Position numbers and translations under genes: made by a program. A DNA stretch of 64,000 nucleotides from an uncultured Rhodospirillales bacterium. Its GTDB lineage: Bacteria; Pseudomonadota; Alphaproteobacteria; JAWKYA01. The notes beneath the pieces are model-generated. The model ran no database searches. It saw only the letters and a program-made list of their open reading frames with translations, and was not told where the DNA came from. Location of the stretch: positions 3,503-67,502 of the forward strand of contig CAYNIC010000011.1 of NCBI GenBank assembly GCA_964397465.1, in the 5' to 3' direction. This document shows positions 1 through 10,489 of this stretch, one piece after another (within the stretch, counting starts at the first letter, position 1; each line of letters opens with the position of its first letter).

Positions 1-1018
1 CGATGGGGTTGTGCCCGCCGACGGGAACCAGCGATCCGCCCAGATAGGTGATGGAGGCGAGACGATAAAACAAACCCATCTCGCCGAGCGTATCGCCGAG
101 ATAAATGTCGTGCTCCGACGTAAGATCGTCGTGTCGGCTTCGCCGGGCGACCCTAAGACCGGCGTTGATAAATAAATCCGCAACCGCGGCACCGCGTGTC
201 GGATGGCGGGGCGCCACCATGGTCAGGATATGGGGAAAGATTTTTCGCAGGCGCTGATGCGCGGCGATAATAAAATGTTCTTCGCCTTCATGGGTTGACG
301 CCGCCAACCAGAGCGGACGGCCAGCAATCTTGGATTTGAATAACGCAAGCTGGGCGGCATCGACCGGCAAGGGCTCTGCACCGGCCTTAAGGTTGCCGAG
401 GCAGGCGATATTCCGCGCTCCCAAAAGGTCGAGCCGTTTAGCCTGGGTTTCATCCTGAGCCAAACACAAGTCAAACCGCCGTAGCAAATATCGCGCCAAG
501 GATTCTTGTCGCTTCCAGCGCCGAAAGGATGTCTCGGACATACGCCCGTTAAGCAGGATTAATGGCGTTCCGCGACGATGGGTTTCGGCGATCATATTCG
601 GCCATAACTCGGATTCAATCCAGATGGCGAGATCGGGTTGCCAGTGTTCAAGAAAACGCGCGACCCACGGAAGGCGGTCTACCGGAGCAAACTGATGCAA
701 GACGTTGCCCGGCAATCGTCCCGACAAGACCTTTGCCGAGGCGACCGTGCCTGTCGTCAGAACGATAAAAACATCGGGCCGCGAGGCTTGCAGTTTTTTG
801 ATCAAGGCCAGGACGCTCATTGCTTCGCCGACGCTGGCGCCGTGCAGCCAGATCACCGGACCTTCCGGCCGCGGCTGCGTAGCGATGCCGCGACGTTCGG
901 CCAGGCGGCTGACATCTTCTTTGCCGCGCTGCGCTCGGCGCTGCAGCATCAGATCGATCAGAGGGCCGAGGAGTGTCGTTGCCGTCCGCCAGAGGGTTAA
1001 AGAAAACGGTGCTGTCAT
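1..1018 (-). CDS. waaA: 3-deoxy-D-manno-octulosonic acid (Kdo) transferase, N-terminal ~339 codons; 3' end runs off the window
   Basis: Absent from the ORF track because there is no stop in the window. Hand translation of the minus strand from the ATG at 1016-1018 gives MTAPFSLTLWRTATTLLGPLIDLML...PVIWLHGASVGE, the Kdo-transferase N-terminal signature. ATGA start/stop overlap with the DUF374 gene, its usual partner. Confidence 0.75.
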   Translation of the reverse strand, partial: MTAPFSLTLWRTATTLLGPLIDLMLQRRAQRGKEDVSRLAERRGIATQPRPEGPVIWLHGASVGEAMSVLALIKKLQASRPDVFIVLTTGTVASAKVLSGRLPGNVLHQFAPVDRLPWVARFLEHWQPDLAIWIESELWPNMIAETHRRGTPLILLNGRMSETSFRRWKRQESLARYLLRRFDLCLAQDETQAKRLDLLGARNIACLGNLKAGAEPLPVDAAQLALFKSKIAGRPLWLAASTHEGEEHFIIAAHQRLRKIFPHILTMVAPRHPTRGAAVADLFINAGLRVARRSRHDDLTSEHDIYLGDTLGEMGLFYRLASITYLGGSLVPVGGHNPI

Positions 1019-1758
1019 GAGGCCAGTCGTTTCGCTATCTTGGTTGGTAAGGTTCCGGGCGGCGCCGGTTCGATCGGTGTGGCGCCGACATAACGATCCG
1101 CCGTTTCGGCCTGAGCGTTCATGGTCGCTTCCAGATGCTGACGCAGCGCGGCGATGACGGTGTCGTCGGCGTCAACGGGAACCTCGATCGGATCGCCCCA
1201 AATCATCACGCCGCGAGAAAAGGGCAGGGCGACCAGAAACCGATCCCAGGTGTTCATGACTTTGCGTTTTCTAACGGCGACAGTCGACGGCAGAATGGGA
1301 ACCCGCGCCAACCGGGCAACTCGGATCGCGCCATCGGTTGCTTGCATCCGCGGACCGTGGGGACCATCCGGCGTTACCCCGATGGTTTCGCCGGCGCGCA
1401 GTTTGCGCACCATGGCCTTGACCGCATCCAGCCCGCCGCGACTGGTGGATCCGGCGATGGTATCGATACCAAAATAGGCGACCGTGCGCGCGATCATTAC
1501 CCCGTCACCGTGAGCGGAGATCAACATGTGGAACGGATGCCCGGGAAACCAATTAAACGGCATCATCATCAACCGGCCATGCCAGAAGGTGACGATAAAC
1601 GGCTTGCCTTGATCAAGCAGCTGGCGCGGATGTTCAAAGCCGATGCGGTCCCATCGGGTCGTCGCCATGACCAGTCGGATGTAGAGATGGGCAAGCCAGC
1701 AGGCCAGCCGCCGCAGCCGGTCATTACGCGAGATCTGTTTCAGCAGCTTCTTTATCAT
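1015..1758 (-). CDS. DUF374-type lysophospholipid acyltransferase family protein
   Basis: 247-aa ORF with FWHGRLMMMP and GVTPDGPHGP motifs typical of the DUF374 family found next to waaA. Confidence 0.7.
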   Translation of the reverse strand: MIKKLLKQISRNDRLRRLACWLAHLYIRLVMATTRWDRIGFEHPRQLLDQGKPFIVTFWHGRLMMMPFNWFPGHPFHMLISAHGDGVMIARTVAYFGIDTIAGSTSRGGLDAVKAMVRKLRAGETIGVTPDGPHGPRMQATDGAIRVARLARVPILPSTVAVRKRKVMNTWDRFLVALPFSRGVMIWGDPIEVPVDADDTVIAALRQHLEATMNAQAETADRYVGATPIEPAPPGTLPTKIAKRLAS

Positions 1759-1800
1759 CGTTGCTCAGTGCAATTCCTAAGGTCGCAGGCCGTGCCAGTA

Positions 1801-1842
1801 TGCCCGCCGGTTGTGCCATCGGCTGTGCCCGCCGGTTGTGCC
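1801..1842. repeat. Perfect 17-bp direct repeat TGCCCGCCGGTTGTGCC x2 (1801-1817, 1826-1842), 25-bp period
   Basis: Read directly. Lies in the divergent intergenic region between the acyltransferase and the ABC-transporter operon. Confidence 0.85.
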
Positions 1843-2016
1843 GTGTATCAGCTTTTGGCCGAGGAGGGTATACGCCACGGCGACAACCCGCAGAATTGCT
1901 TAAAAACCAGGCAGATTTGCTAGGGTTATACTGTGTATTCGCGTAGTCAAAGCGGGGTTTTTCTGCTATCGGAAACGGATCGCCGCGGAAGACGGCTGAA
2001 TTTGGGGGAATCATCT

Positions 2017-3198
2017 ATGCGGAAACTGACACGAATTGCCGTGGGGTTGGCCGGTCTGGCCTTTGCCGGCAGCGTCCAAGCTCAAGATATCACCATCGCG
2101 TTGCTTTATGGCAAAACCGGCGCCCTAGAGGCCTATGCCAAGCAAACCGAAATTGGCCTGATGATGGGCCTCGAATATGCGACCAAGGGCACCATGATGG
2201 TGAACGGGCGCAAGATTAAAGTCATCACCAAGGACGATCAGGGCAAGCCCGATATCGCCAAGGCATTGTTGGCCGAAGCCTATACGGATGATAAGGCGGA
2301 CATCGCGATCGGCACCACCTCATCGGGCGCGGCCTTGGCCATGCTGCCGGTGGCGGAAGAAAACAAAAAGATTTTGATCGTCGAGCCGGCGGTGGCCGAT
2401 CAGATCACCGGCGACAAGTGGAACCGCTACATCTTCCGCACCGGACGGAACTCAAGCCAAGACGCGATTTCGAATGCCGTCGCTTTGGGTAAAAAAGGCG
2501 TCACCATCGCCACCCTCGGCCAGGACTATGCCTTCGGCCGCGACGGCGTGGCGGCATTTAAGGAGGCTTTGGCAAAAACGGGTGCGACCCTTGCGGTTGA
2601 AGAATATGCCCCGCAGGCGGCAACCGACTTCACCGCCCCGGCGCAGCGTCTCTTTGATGCGCTGAAGGATAAGCCGGGCCGCAAAATCATCTGGGTGATC
2701 TGGGCCGGCGCGTCGCCGATCCAGAAATTGATGGACCTTAACCCAGGCCGCTACGGCATCGAGTTGGCGTCGGGTGGAAACATTCTTCCGGCCATGGCGG
2801 CGTATAAAAACCTGCCGGGCATGGAAGGCGCGACCTATTACTATTACGAGATCCCAAAGAATACGGTGAATGACTGGCTCGTCGCGGAACACAAAAAACG
2901 CTACAACGAGCCGCCGGATTTCTTTACCGCAGGCGGTATGGCCGCCGGAATCGCCGCCGTCACCGCCATCGAGAAGGCCAAGGGCACTAATACGGAAAAA
3001 CTGATCTCGGCCATGGAAGGCATGGAATTTGACTCGCCGAAGGGCAAGATGAAATTTCGCAAGGAAGATCACCAGGCCCTGCAAAGCATGTATCACTTCA
3101 AAATCAAAAGTGATCCGGCTGTGGCCTGGGGCGTGCCGGAACTCGTCCGTGAATTGAAAATGGGCGATATGGAAATCCCGATTAAGAATAAGCGTTAA
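2017..3198 (+). CDS. ABC transporter periplasmic substrate-binding protein (Liv/amide-urea type, Peripla_BP_6-like)
   Basis: ORF 1933..3198 trimmed to the ATG at 2017, which follows GGGGGA. Signal peptide MRKLTRIAVGLAGLAFAGSVQA. First gene of an SBP-ATPase-ATPase-permease-permease operon. Confidence 0.8.
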   Translation: MRKLTRIAVGLAGLAFAGSVQAQDITIALLYGKTGALEAYAKQTEIGLMMGLEYATKGTMMVNGRKIKVITKDDQGKPDIAKALLAEAYTDDKADIAIGTTSSGAALAMLPVAEENKKILIVEPAVADQITGDKWNRYIFRTGRNSSQDAISNAVALGKKGVTIATLGQDYAFGRDGVAAFKEALAKTGATLAVEEYAPQAATDFTAPAQRLFDALKDKPGRKIIWVIWAGASPIQKLMDLNPGRYGIELASGGNILPAMAAYKNLPGMEGATYYYYEIPKNTVNDWLVAEHKKRYNEPPDFFTAGGMAAGIAAVTAIEKAKGTNTEKLISAMEGMEFDSPKGKMKFRKEDHQALQSMYHFKIKSDPAVAWGVPELVRELKMGDMEIPIKNKR

Positions 3199-3222
3199 CC
3201 TTAAGGCGATGGGTGCCGCGCC

Positions 3223-4017
3223 ATGGCGCCATCCGGCACGGCAGGGTTAACTCCAGGAGCGCAAGTAGAGACGCGCGACGTGACCATCCGATTTGGCGGT
3301 CACGTCGCCGTCGACGCTGTTTCTTGTGCTTTCCATTCCGGAAGCCTGACCGCGATCGTCGGTCCCAACGGCGCCGGGAAGACCACCTATTTTAATCTCA
3401 TCTCGGGTCAGTTGCGCGCCTTCGCCGGGCAGGTTTATCTGCGCGGCGAAGACATCACCAGGTATTCGGCCCCGGTGCGAACCCGCAAGGGCATCGGCCG
3501 GGCGTTTCAGCTGACCAATCTTTTTCCCAATTTGACCGTCATCGAAAACGTGCGTCTTGCGGTGCAGGCGGCTGCGGGCGAAGGATTGGATATGCGCGTG
3601 CCGTGGCAGCGACGCGCGGCACTGATCGATGAAGCGGAAGAAATATTGGCGCGCGTAAACCTGACATCCCGCGCGGCGGTTCTGGCCGCAACCCTGCCCC
3701 ACGGCGATCAGCGAAAGTTGGAAGTCGCGATGCTGATCGCGCTCAAGCCCTCGGTCTTCATGTTTGACGAGCCCACCGCGGGGATGAGCGTGGACGAAGC
3801 ACCGGTGATCTTGGATTTGATCCGCGCCATCAAGGCCGAGGGCGACAAAACGGTTTTACTGGTCGAGCATAAGATGGAGGTGGTGCGTTCGCTGGCGGAC
3901 CGGATTGTCGTGCTGCATAACGGGCAGCTGGTCGCCGACGGCGCACCGGCGGAGGTGATGGCGTCGTCGATCGTGCAGGAAGCCTATCTCGGCACAGGCG
4001 GGGGCGGTCATGATTAA
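3223..4017 (+). CDS. ABC transporter ATP-binding protein (LivG-like)
   Basis: Walker A GPNGAGKTT, signature-region and Walker B FMFDEPTAGM motifs. Overlaps the next ATPase gene. Confidence 0.85.
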   Translation: MAPSGTAGLTPGAQVETRDVTIRFGGHVAVDAVSCAFHSGSLTAIVGPNGAGKTTYFNLISGQLRAFAGQVYLRGEDITRYSAPVRTRKGIGRAFQLTNLFPNLTVIENVRLAVQAAAGEGLDMRVPWQRRAALIDEAEEILARVNLTSRAAVLAATLPHGDQRKLEVAMLIALKPSVFMFDEPTAGMSVDEAPVILDLIRAIKAEGDKTVLLVEHKMEVVRSLADRIVVLHNGQLVADGAPAEVMASSIVQEAYLGTGGGGHD

Positions 4018-4747
4018 AGAATCGCCGTCTGCCCTGCTCAGCCTGCGCAATGTCCATACCCACATCGGGCGCTATCATATTTTGCAGGGCGTTGATCTTG
4101 CCGTGCCCGAGGGCGAAGTCACCATGTTGTTGGGACGAAACGGCGCTGGCAAGACCACCGCCTTACGGACCATCATGGGACTGTGGCGCGCCTCAAGAGG
4201 CGAGATAAGTTTTGCCGGACAAAGCATTCATGGCCGGTCGACACCGGAAATCGCCGGTTCCGGGATCGCCTATGTTCCGGAGACCATGGCGGTGTTTGCC
4301 GATCTCAGCGTCAAAGAAAACATGGTGCTGGCGGCGCGCAGCGGTCCGTTAAATACCGAACGGGTGGAATGGATTTTTAATTTTTTTCCGGCGTTGCGTA
4401 AATTCTGGCTGTTTCCGGCCGGAGCTTTGTCTGGCGGGCAAAAGCAAATGCTGTCGATCGCCAGAGCCATGGCCGAGCCGCGGCGATTGATCCTGGTTGA
4501 TGAACCCACCAAGGGTTTGGCGCCGGCCATTATCGACGCCTTGATTGCCGCCTTCCAAGAGTTAAAGCGCGCCCGGACCACGATCCTGCTGGTCGAGCAG
4601 AATTTTCGCATGGCGCGAACGCTTGGCGATTATGTGGTGGTGATGGACGACGGGCGGATCGTGCATCGCGGCGCCATGGAGTCCTTAGCGGCGGATCAGG
4701 ATCTGCAGCGGAGGTTGTTGGGATTAAATTTGGACAGTCATCAATGA
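4010..4747 (+). CDS. ABC transporter ATP-binding protein (LivF-like)
   Basis: Walker A GRNGAGKTT, LSGGQKQML signature, LILVDEPT Walker B. Confidence 0.85.
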   Translation: MIKESPSALLSLRNVHTHIGRYHILQGVDLAVPEGEVTMLLGRNGAGKTTALRTIMGLWRASRGEISFAGQSIHGRSTPEIAGSGIAYVPETMAVFADLSVKENMVLAARSGPLNTERVEWIFNFFPALRKFWLFPAGALSGGQKQMLSIARAMAEPRRLILVDEPTKGLAPAIIDALIAAFQELKRARTTILLVEQNFRMARTLGDYVVVMDDGRIVHRGAMESLAADQDLQRRLLGLNLDSHQ

Positions 4748-4760
4748 TGGTGGTGAAGAA

Positions 4761-5792
4761 ATGAGCGCCCATGCGACCATAAAAAGTGCGACCGTAAAAT
4801 CTGCAGCGGTTCCGGTGGCGCGGCGAGACTGGCTGCCGGCGATTTTGCCCGTCGCTCTGGCGCTTTTGGCCTTGCCGTTGATCGGCAATGGCGCAACCTG
4901 GGTTACCTTGACCTTTGCCGGGATCGCCATGGGCATGATGATCTTTCTGATGGCGTCGGGCCTGACGCTGGTCTTTGGTTTGATGGATGTGCTGAACTTT
5001 GGCCATGGCGCCTTCATTGCGGTCGGCGCCTATGTCGCGGCATCGGTGTTGCTTCATTTAAGTGGTTATACCCAGGTTGACTCTCTGTCGAGCAACCTTG
5101 CCGCCACGGCGCTGGCGGCGTCGGCGGCGATCATCGTGACCGCGATCTTAGGTTTGATTTTCGAACGCTTGCTCATTCGTCCGGTCTATGGTCAGCACCT
5201 CAAACAGATTCTGATCACCATGGGTGGGTTCATCGTCGCCGAGCAGGCCTTGCATGCGATCTTCGGCGCGGTGCCGGTGTCCTTGCCGCTGCCCACAAGT
5301 TTTCGCGGATCCTTCAATTTTGGCGACATCACCATCGAGAAATTTCGGTTGGGGGCGATGCTGGTCGGGCTCGCGGTGTTTTTAATGACCAGCGTCATGC
5401 TGACCAAGACCAAAATTGGCTTGCTGGTGCGGGCCGGGGTGGAGAATCCCGAGATGGTGGAGTCACTAGGCTATCGCGTCCGGCGGTTGTTCGTTGCCGT
5501 GTTTGTCGCGGGATCGGCCTTGGCGGGTTTGGGCGGTAGTCTCTGGGCGCTGTACCGCGAAACCGTGACCGCCGCCATGGGCATGGAGATCATGGTGCTG
5601 GTCTTCATCGTAATCATTGTCGGCGGCTTAGGGTCGATCGGCGGCTGCTTCATCGGCTCTTTGTTGGTGGCGCTCCTGGCCAACTATGCCGGATTCTTGG
5701 AGCCGAAGGTAGCGCTCATTTCCAATATTTTGTTGATGGCTTTGGTCTTGATGTGGCGGCCGCAAGGTCTTTATCCGGTGGCAAAACGGTAG
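4761..5792 (+). CDS. Branched-chain amino acid-type ABC permease (LivH-like)
   Basis: 343-aa polytopic hydrophobic protein in the permease position of the operon. Confidence 0.8.
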   Translation: MSAHATIKSATVKSAAVPVARRDWLPAILPVALALLALPLIGNGATWVTLTFAGIAMGMMIFLMASGLTLVFGLMDVLNFGHGAFIAVGAYVAASVLLHLSGYTQVDSLSSNLAATALAASAAIIVTAILGLIFERLLIRPVYGQHLKQILITMGGFIVAEQALHAIFGAVPVSLPLPTSFRGSFNFGDITIEKFRLGAMLVGLAVFLMTSVMLTKTKIGLLVRAGVENPEMVESLGYRVRRLFVAVFVAGSALAGLGGSLWALYRETVTAAMGMEIMVLVFIVIIVGGLGSIGGCFIGSLLVALLANYAGFLEPKVALISNILLMALVLMWRPQGLYPVAKR

Positions 5793-5799
5793 GCGTACG

Positions 5800-6879
5800 A
5801 TGTTGGTAAGGCTTCTCTCAGGCGATCTTCCACGCAGCCGGATTTTGGCGCTGCTTCTCATCGCCATCCTTATCGGCCTTGCCTTCGCGCCGTTTCTTTT
5901 TCCCGGCAGCAAGGCGTTGAACGTGGCGGCGAAGATCTGCGTCTTTATCGCGCTGGCGGCGTCCTACGATCTTTTGCTGGGCTATACCGGAATCGTCTCC
6001 TTCGCCCACACTATGTTCTATGGCATCGGCGCCTATGGTGTCGGCATCGCACTATATAGCGCCGAACCCAGTTGGGCGTTGATCGTATTCGGATTTATCG
6101 CCGGCATAGGTGTGGCCGTGCCCTTGGCCCTGGCGATCGGACTTTTATCGCTGCGGGTGAAGGCGATTTTCTTTGCCATGATCACGCTGGCGGTGGCGTC
6201 GGCCTTTGCGGTTCTGGCGTCGCAACTCTCATCGATTACCGGCGGCGAGGATGGGCGGAATTTTCGCGCGCCCGAAATGTTGCGTCCCGCTTTCAAGGTG
6301 ATGGAGACACCTTTGTTCGGCGTCGAGATCAACGGCCGGATCCTTTCCTATTACGTGGTGTTTGTCGGCTGCCTAGTTTTGTTTCTCTTATTGTTGCGCG
6401 TCGTCAATTCGCCCTTTGGCCGGGTTCTGCAAGCCATCCGCGAGAATGCCTTTCGCGCCGAGGCCTTGGGATATAAGACGGTGATCTACCGCACCTTGGC
6501 CAACTGCATTTCCGCAGCGGCCGCGGCGGCGGTAGGGGGGTTATGGGCCTTGTGGCTGCGTCACACCGGGCCGGAAACCACCCTTAGTTTTTCCATCATG
6601 ATGGATATCTTGCTGATGGTGGTGATCGGCGGTATGGGGACACTCTATGGCGCGGTGCTGGGCGCAACCCTGTTTATCTTGGCGCAGAACTATCTTCAGG
6701 CCTTAATGGGATCGGCCAGCAATGCGCTCAGCGATATGCCGGTCTTGGCGGTGTTGTTTCATCCCGATCGATGGCTGCTGTGGCTCGGCATCCTGTTTAT
6801 CCTCAGCGTTTATTTCTTTCCGACCGGTATCGTCGGGCGATTGCGTGACGGTCCAGCCGCCCGGAGGAGGACGCTATGA
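5800..6879 (+). CDS. Branched-chain amino acid-type ABC permease (LivM-like)
   Basis: 359-aa polytopic membrane protein, second permease of the operon. Confidence 0.8.
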   Translation: MLVRLLSGDLPRSRILALLLIAILIGLAFAPFLFPGSKALNVAAKICVFIALAASYDLLLGYTGIVSFAHTMFYGIGAYGVGIALYSAEPSWALIVFGFIAGIGVAVPLALAIGLLSLRVKAIFFAMITLAVASAFAVLASQLSSITGGEDGRNFRAPEMLRPAFKVMETPLFGVEINGRILSYYVVFVGCLVLFLLLLRVVNSPFGRVLQAIRENAFRAEALGYKTVIYRTLANCISAAAAAAVGGLWALWLRHTGPETTLSFSIMMDILLMVVIGGMGTLYGAVLGATLFILAQNYLQALMGSASNALSDMPVLAVLFHPDRWLLWLGILFILSVYFFPTGIVGRLRDGPAARRRTL

Positions 6880-7709
6880 CACCGCAATCTTGCTACGTTA
6901 CAATTTTGGATCGCGAAATACACTACATGGTGTGGGGAAAGCCGGAGGCGCCGCCGGTTGTTCTGTGGCACGGCTTGGCCCGCACATCGCGCGACTTTGA
7001 GGATCTCGCGACACATTTAAGCAATCGTTACTATCTGATCGCACCCGACACGATCGGCCGCGGCCTTAGCGAGTGGTCGCCGCGTCCGGCCGAGGAATAT
7101 TGCCTGGACTTTTATGTGAAGCTGGCCACAGGGTTATGTGATGCGCTGAAGTTGGCGCAGCTGCGCTGGGTCGGAACCTCGATGGGCGGTGCGATCGGCC
7201 TTCGTGCCGCGGCGGGGCCGTTGCGGGATCGCATCACCCACTTAATTCTCAATGACATCGGTCCTGAAATTGCGGTGGCTGCGGTGGCCCGGATTCGATC
7301 CTATGCCGGTAAGCCGCCGTCCTTTGCAAGGCTCAGCGAACTCGAGGCCTATTTCCGAACGATCTATAAGCCCTATGGATTTTTGACCGATGCACAGTGG
7401 CGCCGCTTAACCGAAACCTCGGCGCGGCGGCTTCCCGATGGCCGGATTACACCGCATTATGACCCGCAGATGGTGCAGCAGTTTGAAAACCATCCCGAAG
7501 ATTACCGACAGTGGTCGGCCTACGATGCGATCACCGCAAAGGTTCTCTGCTTGCGCGGCGCCGACAGCGATCTTTTATTGCCCGAGATCGCTCAAGAGAT
7601 GACGCGGCGCGGACCAAAGTGCCACCTGGTCATCGTTCCCGGCTGCGGTCATGCGCCGGCCTTGAATGTCCCGGCGCAGTTCAAGCTGGTTGAGGATTTT
7701 CTGGCTTAA
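6876..7709 (+). CDS. Alpha/beta-fold hydrolase
   Basis: HGLARTSRDF oxyanion-type region, nucleophile elbow GTSMGG, C-terminal GCGHAP histidine region. ATGA overlap with the permease gene. Confidence 0.75.
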   Translation: MTPQSCYVTILDREIHYMVWGKPEAPPVVLWHGLARTSRDFEDLATHLSNRYYLIAPDTIGRGLSEWSPRPAEEYCLDFYVKLATGLCDALKLAQLRWVGTSMGGAIGLRAAAGPLRDRITHLILNDIGPEIAVAAVARIRSYAGKPPSFARLSELEAYFRTIYKPYGFLTDAQWRRLTETSARRLPDGRITPHYDPQMVQQFENHPEDYRQWSAYDAITAKVLCLRGADSDLLLPEIAQEMTRRGPKCHLVIVPGCGHAPALNVPAQFKLVEDFLA

Positions 7710-8047
7710 TACTCGGCCCCGGCTTTGAGCCTCGCCTTTGAGCCTCAAAATGCCGAGAATGATTAACCTCAGGGAAGCCAAGCGAACGATACGGGCCGAC
7801 TCACCAAACAGGTAAATTCCTAAGAGGGGCCGTACCGAGCATGCTGTCCAGACGGCATAGCGGTTCCCGGTCGTCAGGTAGGCTAGGCCGCCGAGCCGTA
7901 ATACCCTGAAAACAGTGTTTTCTCATGCTCATGCCGCGTCTTGGCCGTAATACCGACATATTCCCTTGCAGACTGGAGCACATGCTTACATACATGCAAG
8001 ACGACAGACAGACATCCGACCTATCGAACCTGAGTTCCGGGGGAGCC

Positions 8048-8746
8048 ATGCCGAGTACCATCGCCTTAGTCGATGATGACAAGAATATTTTGACGTCGGT
8101 TGCCATGGCTTTGGAGGCCGAGGGATTTAAGGTCCGCACCTACGCCGATGGCGAAGAGGCGTTGCGCGGATTGTCGGCCAGTCCGGTCGATCTTGCGGTT
8201 CTGGATATTAAGATGCCGCGGATGGATGGCATGGAGCTGTTGAAAAATCTCCGCACTAAGACCGCCATGCCGGTTATTTTCCTGACCTCAAAAGATGACG
8301 AGATTGACGAGTTGTTGGGTCTCAGAATGGGCGCCGACGACTATATCAAGAAGCCATTCTCGCAACGGTTGTTAATCGAGCGTATTCGCGCCTTGTTGCG
8401 CCGCCAAGAAGTAGGAAGCCCCGTTGCCGGAAAACCTTCTGAAGCGATTATTTCACGCGGCGACCTGGTTCTGGATCCGGATCGTCATATGTGCAGCTGG
8501 CGCGGCGAACCGGTCCAATTGACGGTGACCGAGTTCTTGATCTTGAAATCCCTGGCCCAGCGTCCGGGCCACGTCAAAAGTCGCGATCAATTGATGGATG
8601 CGGCCTATGGCGAGCATATCTATGTCGATGATCGGACTATTGATAGCCATATCAAGCGGTTACGGAAAAAGTTTAAAATTGTCGACGACAATTTCTCCCA
8701 TATTGAGACGCTTTATGGGGTCGGGTATCGCTATAAAGAGCAGTAA
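8048..8746 (+). CDS. chvI: OmpR-family response regulator, ChvI type
   Basis: ORF 7925..8746 trimmed to the ATG at 8048 ([15 protein letters not shown]). Receiver plus winged-helix output domain. Followed by a ChvG-type kinase and hprK, as in the alphaproteobacterial chvIG-hprK locus. Confidence 0.8.
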   Translation: MPSTIALVDDDKNILTSVAMALEAEGFKVRTYADGEEALRGLSASPVDLAVLDIKMPRMDGMELLKNLRTKTAMPVIFLTSKDDEIDELLGLRMGADDYIKKPFSQRLLIERIRALLRRQEVGSPVAGKPSEAIISRGDLVLDPDRHMCSWRGEPVQLTVTEFLILKSLAQRPGHVKSRDQLMDAAYGEHIYVDDRTIDSHIKRLRKKFKIVDDNFSHIETLYGVGYRYKEQ

Positions 8747-8767
8747 TCGTTAGGCGAGCTTGATAAA

Positions 8768-10486
8768 ATGCGGCTTTCCCTGATAAGGAAAGCGATGGCG
8801 GTTTCAGTCAATAATAGTCAAGGTTCTGCAGCGGCTGCTGAAGAGAATTCTTCCGCAGCAACCAGCATGGCTGAGCGCGCCGGCGATAAACCTCTCCCGC
8901 GTCGCCGCCCTCGGATCTCCCCCCTTATTCGTCCGATCTTTGCCGTCAATCTTGTCGCCTTGGGTCTCTTGGGTTTTGGACTCCTATTTCTGGATGATTA
9001 CGAAAAAGGCCTCGTCCGCTCCGAACAAGGAAGCATGCGGACTCAAGCGATTATCATCGCCGGCGCCTTAGGCGAAAGCGCCGTCATCGGCTCGGGATTT
9101 ATTCAGGCCCTTGATCCGGAATCGGCCTCCGCCTTGATTCGCCGGTTGGTGGAGCCGACCAATTTGCGGGCGCGCCTCTACCGCCGCGATGGCGATCTGA
9201 TCGCCGACAGTCGCGTTCTGACCGGTTACGGAAGCGGATCGGTTGAAATCGAAGACTTGCCGCCGCCGGGGACAAATAATCCGTTCCGGCAATTTGTCTT
9301 CATGACGTACGATTTTATTTTGCGCTTGCTGCCCAAACGAAATACGGAACCCAGTGATCGGCAAGTTTTATTGCGGGCCAGTGATTTTGATGAAGTAAGA
9401 CGCGCGCAGAACGGCGAAATTTCCGAACGTCTTCGCCGCCCGCCCGACGGTAGTCTGTTGCTGACGGTGGCGGTGCCGGTGCAACGGTATCGTCAAGTTG
9501 TGGGCGTGCTGCTGTTATCGCAAAACGGCACCCGCATTCAAGATGGGGTTCGCGCCGTACGTTTGGATATCCTGCGAGTTTTCGGAATATCCATGGGCGT
9601 AACCTTATTGTTGTCGCTCTATCTTGCGGGGCGTATCGCGCGGCCGTTGCGCAGGCTTGCCGCCGCCGCCGATCGCGTTCGGGCGGGGCAGGGCCGCTTG
9701 GATGAGCCAATTCCCGATCTTACCCGCCGGGGCGACGAAATCGGCGAGCTATCAGGGGCGTTGCGCGAGATGACGTCGGCCTTGTGGCGCCGCATGGATG
9801 CCATCGAAAGGTTCGCCGCCGATGTGGCCCACGAAATTAAGAATCCTCTGACCTCGGTGCGCAGCGCCATGGAAACGGCGGCGCGGATCGAGGATCCCGA
9901 ACGGGTCAAGAAACTGATGGCGATCGTTTTGGATGACGTCCAGCGGCTTGATCGCTTGATCAGTGACATTTCCGACGCGTCGCGCATCGATGCCGAGTTG
10001 TCGCGCGCGGAATCGGCGCCGATCGATATCGGAAAGATGCTGGAGACTTTGGCTGACGTCTATTCAGAGACCTTGGCCGACGGACCGGTCTTGCGGCTTA
10101 ACCTGGTCGATGTGGATAATCTCGACGTGATCGGGATTGAAAGCCGGTTGGTGCAGGTGTTCCGCAATCTGATCGGCAACGCCATTTCTTTCAGCCCGCC
10201 CAGCGGTGTCATTACCTTGGAGGGAAAACGCGACGGTCGATTCGTTCGGGTGCAAATCAGCGATGAGGGACCGGGAATTCCGGATGACAAATTGGAAAAG
10301 ATTTTTGATCGGTTCTATTCGGCCCGGCCCGAGGGTGAAAAATTCGGGACCCATTCGGGACTAGGCCTAAGCATTTCGAAACAGATCATCGAGGCGCATG
10401 GCGGCCGGTTATGGGCCGAGAACCGGCGCGATACGGGCGGTAATGTCCGCGGCGCGCGGTTTATTGTCCGCTTGCCTGCTGGCTAG
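8768..10486 (+). CDS. chvG: Sensor histidine kinase, ChvG/ExoS type
   Basis: Two TM segments, a HAMP-like region, H-box HEIKNPLTS, and N/G boxes (GNAISFSP, DEGPGIP, GLGLSISK). Start codon not firmly placed. Confidence 0.75.
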   Translation: MRLSLIRKAMAVSVNNSQGSAAAAEENSSAATSMAERAGDKPLPRRRPRISPLIRPIFAVNLVALGLLGFGLLFLDDYEKGLVRSEQGSMRTQAIIIAGALGESAVIGSGFIQALDPESASALIRRLVEPTNLRARLYRRDGDLIADSRVLTGYGSGSVEIEDLPPPGTNNPFRQFVFMTYDFILRLLPKRNTEPSDRQVLLRASDFDEVRRAQNGEISERLRRPPDGSLLLTVAVPVQRYRQVVGVLLLSQNGTRIQDGVRAVRLDILRVFGISMGVTLLLSLYLAGRIARPLRRLAAAADRVRAGQGRLDEPIPDLTRRGDEIGELSGALREMTSALWRRMDAIERFAADVAHEIKNPLTSVRSAMETAARIEDPERVKKLMAIVLDDVQRLDRLISDISDASRIDAELSRAESAPIDIGKMLETLADVYSETLADGPVLRLNLVDVDNLDVIGIESRLVQVFRNLIGNAISFSPPSGVITLEGKRDGRFVRVQISDEGPGIPDDKLEKIFDRFYSARPEGEKFGTHSGLGLSISKQIIEAHGGRLWAENRRDTGGNVRGARFIVRLPAG

Positions 10487-10489
10487 ACG

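Noticed and set aside
7722-7747. Short tandem duplications considered as possible CRISPR or satellite structures: G(G/C)CTTTGAGCCTC x2 at 7722-7747, and TGATCTGGG-type 12-mers x3 at 61052-61084.
   Set aside because: Each has only 2-3 units of 12-13 bp with no spacers. They are too short for a CRISPR array or a meaningful satellite, and are most likely slippage duplications in intergenic DNA.
7801-8139. The 112-aa minus-strand ORF, and the N-terminal extension of the chvI ORF (7925-8047).
   Set aside because: Neither has a recognisable protein signature. The response regulator aligns from [11 protein letters not shown] (ATG 8048), and the region is more likely the chvI leader/promoter.
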